Positions 59,116-64,000 of a DNA stretch of 64,000 nucleotides are shown piece after piece. Positions within the stretch are counted from its first letter, which is position 1, and each line of letters starts with the position of its first letter. Under the pieces are notes generated by a model, which did no database searches, was not told where the DNA came from, and saw only the letters and a list, made by a program, of their open reading frames with translations. Source of the stretch: a virus. The translations under genes were made by a program, and so were the position numbers. The DNA is taken from positions 1 through 64,000 of the IMG/VR virus record IMGVR_UViG_3300047476_001657. One strand, 5' to 3'.

Positions 59116-62100
59116 TTAGAAGTCAAATTTCACTACAAATTGTTGAATACCAGTTCTTGGATAAGGTGATTGTAGCTTAGAAACAATCATAAGTGTTTTA
59201 TCAGAATCGTAAAGACCTATCTCACTTATGTGAACTTTTTTAGTATTATCCCAAGTTGGATTTGAAGATGCTAAAAATTCCGATTGACCCAAATTTATTT
59301 TGTATCTCATTTCATAAATCGTTGCTTGAATATCTGTTTCAATGTTTCCATAAAAATAGTATTCATCTCCGAAATTAAGATTAGTAGTTGTACCTGATGG
59401 TAAATCTATGTAGTCTGTAAGAACATAATTATTTGCATTGTCATACAAGTCTTGAGTTATAACAAAAGTATTACCAGTTAGACCTGATGCTGTTAAAAAT
59501 CCATTAATTGTAGAACCTGTTAATTGGTCTGTAAAATCTATTATTTTCCATTCTGTAGGTTCTGGTCTTTGATTACCAAAAACCTTTTGACAAATAATTT
59601 CAAATTTATTAGCGACAAAACCAGTACCAACATTACATACTTGAGTACAAGCTGAGGTAGTAGCAGTAATTGTTGGACAAGTGCCTGTAGTTATACCAAA
59701 TTCAGTTGTACCTGATACTTCTATCACAGATGAATCTAACAGTCCATCTATTGTTATAACACACCCACTATAGGTTGATGCTGAAGTAATTGAAATTTCA
59801 CTAGAAATTATAAAATTACAATCTACTGTTTTTATTGTTGTTGAATCCCCAGTTGTTGTTGCACTAAATGGTTCACAATTGAATGTAAGACAACTTTCAT
59901 ACAATGATGTTGTTAGACCGGTTACTCCAGAAAAATCAGGAATCCATGTACCAATTGGAACATCATTATTGGTTAGACCAGTTAAAATAGCGATTCTTGT
60001 ATCTGCTGAATAAATTTCCCAATTTGAGTTAAAATAAACTAATCGTTCTGTTTGACTAAAATTACTTGGTAAATAACTATAAGTTGAAGCTGAAAGTGTT
60101 TCATAATAACCTTGAGTAACACAAGTTGAACCTGATTCACAGATGTTTACACATAATATAGGTCTATAACTACATTCAGTGAAACCTGTTATAACCTCAA
60201 CTCCAGTATCAAATGTAAAATTAGATATAAGTGAGTTATTTGTTGTTAGTAAAGGTGAATCAGGAAAAGGGGTATTTTGAGATACCATCCACTGACTTCC
60301 ATCCCAATAAATATTTAGAATCAAACCATTAATACTTAATGATTTAAATATAGGATATCCATTAACTAGTTGTTCTGTATTATAGAATGGATAAGCAACA
60401 GACAAATTGGGATATGATATTGGGTCAGGTAAAAACCAAAAAGTAAATCCTGAATACCAACAAGGTGTAATGTTTGAATTGGATAAACAAGACAATTCAT
60501 CACCAAATCTAACACTAACATTTTGAGATGGTAATGAGTTACAACTCACATTAGGACCAGTAATATTTTGATAGTAATTACAGTGTAAAGAATTAGTGAA
60601 ACCAAAATCATTTGACAATCTATATGTTACATATAAACTTTCTGAATTACCAGTCAAAATACCCTCAACTGAATTGTTGTCCAAACCACATATGTTAGGT
60701 GTAATTAAAGAAACTTTTGGTGCTGGTAAAGTCCAATTTCTATTAGATTTATATGACATAGCTGCAAGTAATTCCTCATCGTCAATTATAATAACTTTTA
60801 AGTCAGGAAATACTTTACCAACTCTATTTGGTAAATTAGGAATTATTGCATTAACATTTGGGTTATTATCCCAAAGGTGGAAATATCTAATTCCAGGTTC
60901 ATTCATATCAACATTTTTAGTTGATTTGATGTAATTTACTTGAAATAAACCTAAATCCTCAAATCCTGGAGGGTCAACCCAAAATGTTTGACCTAAACAA
61001 CAGTTAGGATTCTTATGCCACATCAACCAAGGTAAGTGTAACTTAAAGTTTCTTGCTTGACCAGTTGTATCATTTACACTATCATCAAAGGGTTGCATTG
61101 CAAATTTCTCACCATAGAATAAATCCACAGTTTGATTTGTATAATGTATAACCCCTATTGCTTTTTGTTCTTCAGGTAAAACATTCACTATTTCATCAAA
61201 AGAATTGAAATAGAATGTTGAACTCGTATCAGTTTGTCCACTACTTGAAGCGTAACCTAAATATTCCTTAGTACCCAAGTAATTAACCGAACCGAATTTA
61301 GTATAATCATTTGATGTTGATGAGTCTAATCCTGCTGGATTTTCAGACCAAGGAATATTCATATTCCAAATCTTCACATCAAATTGGTCAGTATAACAAA
61401 CCGACTCAAAATTTATAACATTATCATTCCAATGTCTAAATGGTGTTATACTATCATAAATTTCAGTAATTTTTGATGGATAGATAATTGTTCTTGCAAA
61501 ACAATCACTTCCTAAATAACTGAAGTCTGGTGTTGCTCTATCTAAAGTGATTGTATTTTGACATACATTTACTATTCTATAAGTCAATATAGGATAACAA
61601 CTACTGATACTTACAACACAATTTGGTGGTGGTGTTGCTGGACAAGCATTACTTGGAGTTGGTGTTGGACAGAACGTAGCACTCGGAGTTGGTGTTGGAG
61701 TAGGTGATGCACAAGGATCCAAAGGTGTAGAAGTCGGTGTTGGTGTTGGACTTGAACCTATAGTTGGAGATGGTGTGGGCGAACTTGTTATTGATGGTGT
61801 TGGTGTAGGTGTTGGTAAATTTGAACAATTACAATCAACTAAACCAGTTCCATCATAATATATTGTGATTATATCACCTACAGCAAAACTTCTAACAACA
61901 CTAGGGTTACAGTTATTATAAATTAAATTTACTGTATTAGTCCCCACCAATGTATTCATTTGGACAACATAGTTGGAGTTAATTGCATATAAATTGTTAG
62001 TCAAAGCACTCCAAGTATATGTTGCAGTATCACCTATTGGTGTACCTGAAAAAAATCCCCTTTCTGCAGCTGTATTAAATACAGATTCTATAAATGAATC

Positions 62101-62388
62101 CATATATGGAATACCATAAGTATTTCCACCAGCCTCATCAACATAAATTGGATACTTTATGTTTTCTTTGTTTGATTGTGGAACACCCGCAATACTTTGA
62201 GCTCCGAAACTTGGGTCAAAAACAAAGTAATTTGTTGGATTAAAATTTGGAATCACACTATAACTAACTTCACTATCACCAATTTGGAAATATGAAATAT
62301 TAAAGTTACCTTGAGATAATTTTTGTCTCCCTGCGTCAGTTAATCTTGTATTTATTAAACCAGATGTATTTTTAAGTATATAGCCCAT
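59116..62388 (-). CDS. Tail fibre attachment/collar-like protein with Pro-Thr linker and insertions
   Basis: N-terminal LTDAGRQKL....F.ISYFQIGDSE and C-terminal ISEIGLYDSD..L..VSKL..P resemble tail-collar/fibre-base domains. Confidence 0.55.
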   Translation of the reverse strand: MGYILKNTSGLINTRLTDAGRQKLSQGNFNISYFQIGDSEVSYSVIPNFNPTNYFVFDPSFGAQSIAGVPQSNKENIKYPIYVDEAGGNTYGIPYMDSFIESVFNTAAERGFFSGTPIGDTATYTWSALTNNLYAINSNYVVQMNTLVGTNTVNLIYNNCNPSVVRSFAVGDIITIYYDGTGLVDCNCSNLPTPTPTPSITSSPTPSPTIGSSPTPTPTSTPLDPCASPTPTPTPSATFCPTPTPSNACPATPPPNCVVSISSCYPILTYRIVNVCQNTITLDRATPDFSYLGSDCFARTIIYPSKITEIYDSITPFRHWNDNVINFESVCYTDQFDVKIWNMNIPWSENPAGLDSSTSNDYTKFGSVNYLGTKEYLGYASSSGQTDTSSTFYFNSFDEIVNVLPEEQKAIGVIHYTNQTVDLFYGEKFAMQPFDDSVNDTTGQARNFKLHLPWLMWHKNPNCCLGQTFWVDPPGFEDLGLFQVNYIKSTKNVDMNEPGIRYFHLWDNNPNVNAIIPNLPNRVGKVFPDLKVIIIDDEELLAAMSYKSNRNWTLPAPKVSLITPNICGLDNNSVEGILTGNSESLYVTYRLSNDFGFTNSLHCNYYQNITGPNVSCNSLPSQNVSVRFGDELSCLSNSNITPCWYSGFTFWFLPDPISYPNLSVAYPFYNTEQLVNGYPIFKSLSINGLILNIYWDGSQWMVSQNTPFPDSPLLTTNNSLISNFTFDTGVEVITGFTECSYRPILCVNICESGSTCVTQGYYETLSASTYSYLPSNFSQTERLVYFNSNWEIYSADTRIAILTGLTNNDVPIGTWIPDFSGVTGLTTSLYESCLTFNCEPFSATTTGDSTTIKTVDCNFIISSEISITSASTYSGCVITIDGLLDSSVIEVSGTTEFGITTGTCPTITATTSACTQVCNVGTGFVANKFEIICQKVFGNQRPEPTEWKIIDFTDQLTGSTINGFLTASGLTGNTFVITQDLYDNANNYVLTDYIDLPSGTTTNLNFGDEYYFYGNIETDIQATIYEMRYKINLGQSEFLASSNPTWDNTKKVHISEIGLYDSDKTLMIVSKLQSPYPRTGIQQFVVKFDF
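61621..61815 (-). repeat. Low-complexity (Pro-Thr)n coding repeat
   Basis: PTPTPTPSITSSPTPSPT...PTPTPTPS; imperfect GGTGTT/GGAGTT hexamers on the + strand. Confidence 0.85.
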
Positions 62389-62392
62389 ATTA

Positions 62393-62399
62393 ATAAATA
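62393..62399 (-). promoter_or_regulatory. TATTTAT putative late promoter element
   Basis: 4 nt upstream of the ATG at 62388. Confidence 0.6.
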
Positions 62400-62414
62400 T
62401 GTAAAATAGAATTT

Positions 62415-63140
62415 TTATGTGGTAATGATATTACAACAATCACAACCATTTATGGTCAAATTTGATAATGAAAAAGTATGTATCCCATCCCCAACGTAAC
62501 AATCAACGAAATCATTTTTATAAAGTGTTGTTGTAGTTATTAAACTAAATGAATCACCGAAATTGTAATTAATACTTGGCCAAGTTTCGTTGAATGTTTC
62601 TAAAAATAACGTTTGACCTTGACAACCAGGTATCGGATTATATGTTGAACCAGTTGTTATCCCACTTGTTGAAGCCGAAAGTATTGTTGAATTAATACTA
62701 AGTTGAGAAACAGATGTTGTCGTTGTTGAACTAAAATTTGGGGACGACTTAGTAAGGAAAGAATGATTTAGAGTAAAGTTTAAATTTATATTATTAACCA
62801 AACTCGGAAATACATTCAAAGTGGTTAAATATTCTGTTGTTGTTTCTGATGGTGATGAACTTATAACATTAGATGTCGTATTCAAATAGACTTGATATGT
62901 TACAGAATCTTGTGGTTGTTGTAAAGTAACAACGTTAGTTGTAGTTTCACCCGATATATCATTTACTATAACAACATAATTTCCTTCACATAAATTTGAG
63001 TAAATTGGGAAACTATTAAAAGTTAATCCATTATCTATTGAGTACGAATAAGGTGGATTCCCACCTGACGAGTAAATAGTTAAACCCCCATCACATCCAC
63101 ATATTGTTTGATTTGTTGTTATGTTTGTTACTAATGCCAT
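62415..63140 (-). CDS. Protein with a single SprB-like repeat
   Basis: CGCDGGLTIYSSGGNPPYSYSIDNG.....IYSNLCEGNYVVIVND. Confidence 0.7.
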   Translation of the reverse strand: MALVTNITTNQTICGCDGGLTIYSSGGNPPYSYSIDNGLTFNSFPIYSNLCEGNYVVIVNDISGETTTNVVTLQQPQDSVTYQVYLNTTSNVISSSPSETTTEYLTTLNVFPSLVNNINLNFTLNHSFLTKSSPNFSSTTTTSVSQLSINSTILSASTSGITTGSTYNPIPGCQGQTLFLETFNETWPSINYNFGDSFSLITTTTLYKNDFVDCYVGDGIHTFSLSNLTINGCDCCNIITT

Positions 63141-63150
63141 ATATTATTTT

Positions 63151-63999
63151 TTATACACCTGTATCACCAACAATATTCCAATTATAAGGTGGTGATGTTA
63201 ATATTGCTCTTGCTGCTCCAGCACCGATTATACTATATGTCAATCCTTGAACCCCAAGATTCACATTTGATTGTAAACTTGGTAAAACTGACCAATTCAC
63301 TAATAAATTATCGTAATTTGTTTGACTCATACTAGTGTTGTCTAACATTTTACTCATGTTTGTTACATTTGATACATCCCAACTACTTATGTCATCGTCA
63401 AAAGAAGTACAACCTAAAAAAGTGCTAAACAAACTAGTTGTTGATGACAAATCCCAACTAGAAATATTATTAATAGTCGTTAAAGAAATACAATTTTGGA
63501 ATGTATTTCTTAACCCAACAGAAATTATAGGAGTATCAATTACTGTATTTAAGGTAAGATTCCTACAACCCCAGAAACCACCAGTTGATAAAACAAAACA
63601 ACCACCCCATTGATTCACTGATAATATTTTTGTGATGTCCCCAACACCGTTAAATGCCCATTCCCCTAGATTACCATATATTTTTATAGTATATACACCA
63701 GGTATTGAATAAGTATGAATAGGATAAGATGGGAATGTTGTTATATTTTCAGTTACACCATCACCCCAATCAACAATACAATTTCTTGTTGTTGAATATG
63801 GTAAAGGTAATTTAATTTGATTAGCATTTGTTGTTATATTTGGTTTTACCTTAGTAGTATCCCATACACTTTCAAAATAAGTTGATGGGGAACAAGAAAT
63901 TGGTAAAAATGGTGTACTTGTTGGAGTCGGTGTTGGTGAAAAACTTGGTGTTGGGGTACAAGAGCCTTCACTTACTGAATTTAAAACTTGTACTGATCC
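63151..63999 (-). CDS. 5'-truncated surface-protein-like ORF: PT linker + PKD + DUF285/BspA-type repeats
   Basis: Frame is open to the window end: ...TPTPSFSPTPTPT...VDWGDG...HTYSIPGVYTIKIYG...KILSVNQWG...ISSWDLSSTTSL..F...FDDDISSWDVSNVTNM...NYDNLLVNWS. Confidence 0.75.
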   Translation of the reverse strand, partial: GSVQVLNSVSEGSCTPTPSFSPTPTPTSTPFLPISCSPSTYFESVWDTTKVKPNITTNANQIKLPLPYSTTRNCIVDWGDGVTENITTFPSYPIHTYSIPGVYTIKIYGNLGEWAFNGVGDITKILSVNQWGGCFVLSTGGFWGCRNLTLNTVIDTPIISVGLRNTFQNCISLTTINNISSWDLSSTTSLFSTFLGCTSFDDDISSWDVSNVTNMSKMLDNTSMSQTNYDNLLVNWSVLPSLQSNVNLGVQGLTYSIIGAGAARAILTSPPYNWNIVGDTGV

Positions 64000-64000
64000 A

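Noticed and set aside
2237-60934. Many 60-130 aa ORFs nested in or antisense to long genes (e.g. 2237, 5135, 12299, 16914, 17598, 19778, 22580, 37923, 39897, 42103, 60596)
   Set aside because: They lie wholly or almost wholly within well-supported genes, lack motifs and look like codon-bias shadows.
61621-61815. Short DNA repeats as a CRISPR array or DGR-type repeat
   Set aside because: They are imperfect hexamers encoding a Pro-Thr linker, with no spacers and no reverse transcriptase in the window.
63335-63618. ORF-track start at 63618 and the antisense ORF 63335..63613
   Set aside because: The minus frame continues to the window end; the + ORF is a shadow of it.
1-64000. Stop-codon reassignment as in some large phages
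   Set aside because: Long genes are intact in the standard code, and TAA, TAG and TGA all end genes at sensible places.
1-64000. tRNA, rRNA or structured ncRNA genes
   Set aside because: Intergenic gaps are short and AT-rich; only terminator-type hairpins were seen. A covariance search was not possible.

Overview
This 64 kb window is AT-rich (about 30% GC by eye), densely coded and read in the standard code. It comes from a large contractile-tailed (T4-like/jumbo) bacteriophage, probably infecting Bacteroidota. In order it carries: (1) a cluster of accessory proteins sharing an 'I/L-T-E' leader motif, including a 911-aa Mn/Fe-SOD fused to two nuclease-like modules; (2) neck genes (gp13/14/15-like) and a SNF2 helicase; (3) an RHH regulator missing from the ORF track; (4) tail sheath, tube, chaperone with a probable frameshift, tape measure and very large hub proteins; (5) a replication/nucleotide block (SSB, RecA, C5-MTase, 5'-3' exonuclease, DnaB, NrdB, NrdA); (6) baseplate genes, SprB/PKD/DUF285-type adhesin-like proteins and a RuvC-like resolvase. 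The main unexplained patterns are a TATTTAT motif before 15 genes (the reverse complement of the T4 late promoter), a possible capsid-cargo sorting/polyprotein system, a [S/T]-G-x-T motif enriched in virion proteins, and strong GATC avoidance. I saw no tRNA, rRNA, CRISPR array, intron or intein. All assignments come from motif recognition by eye; no searches were run.
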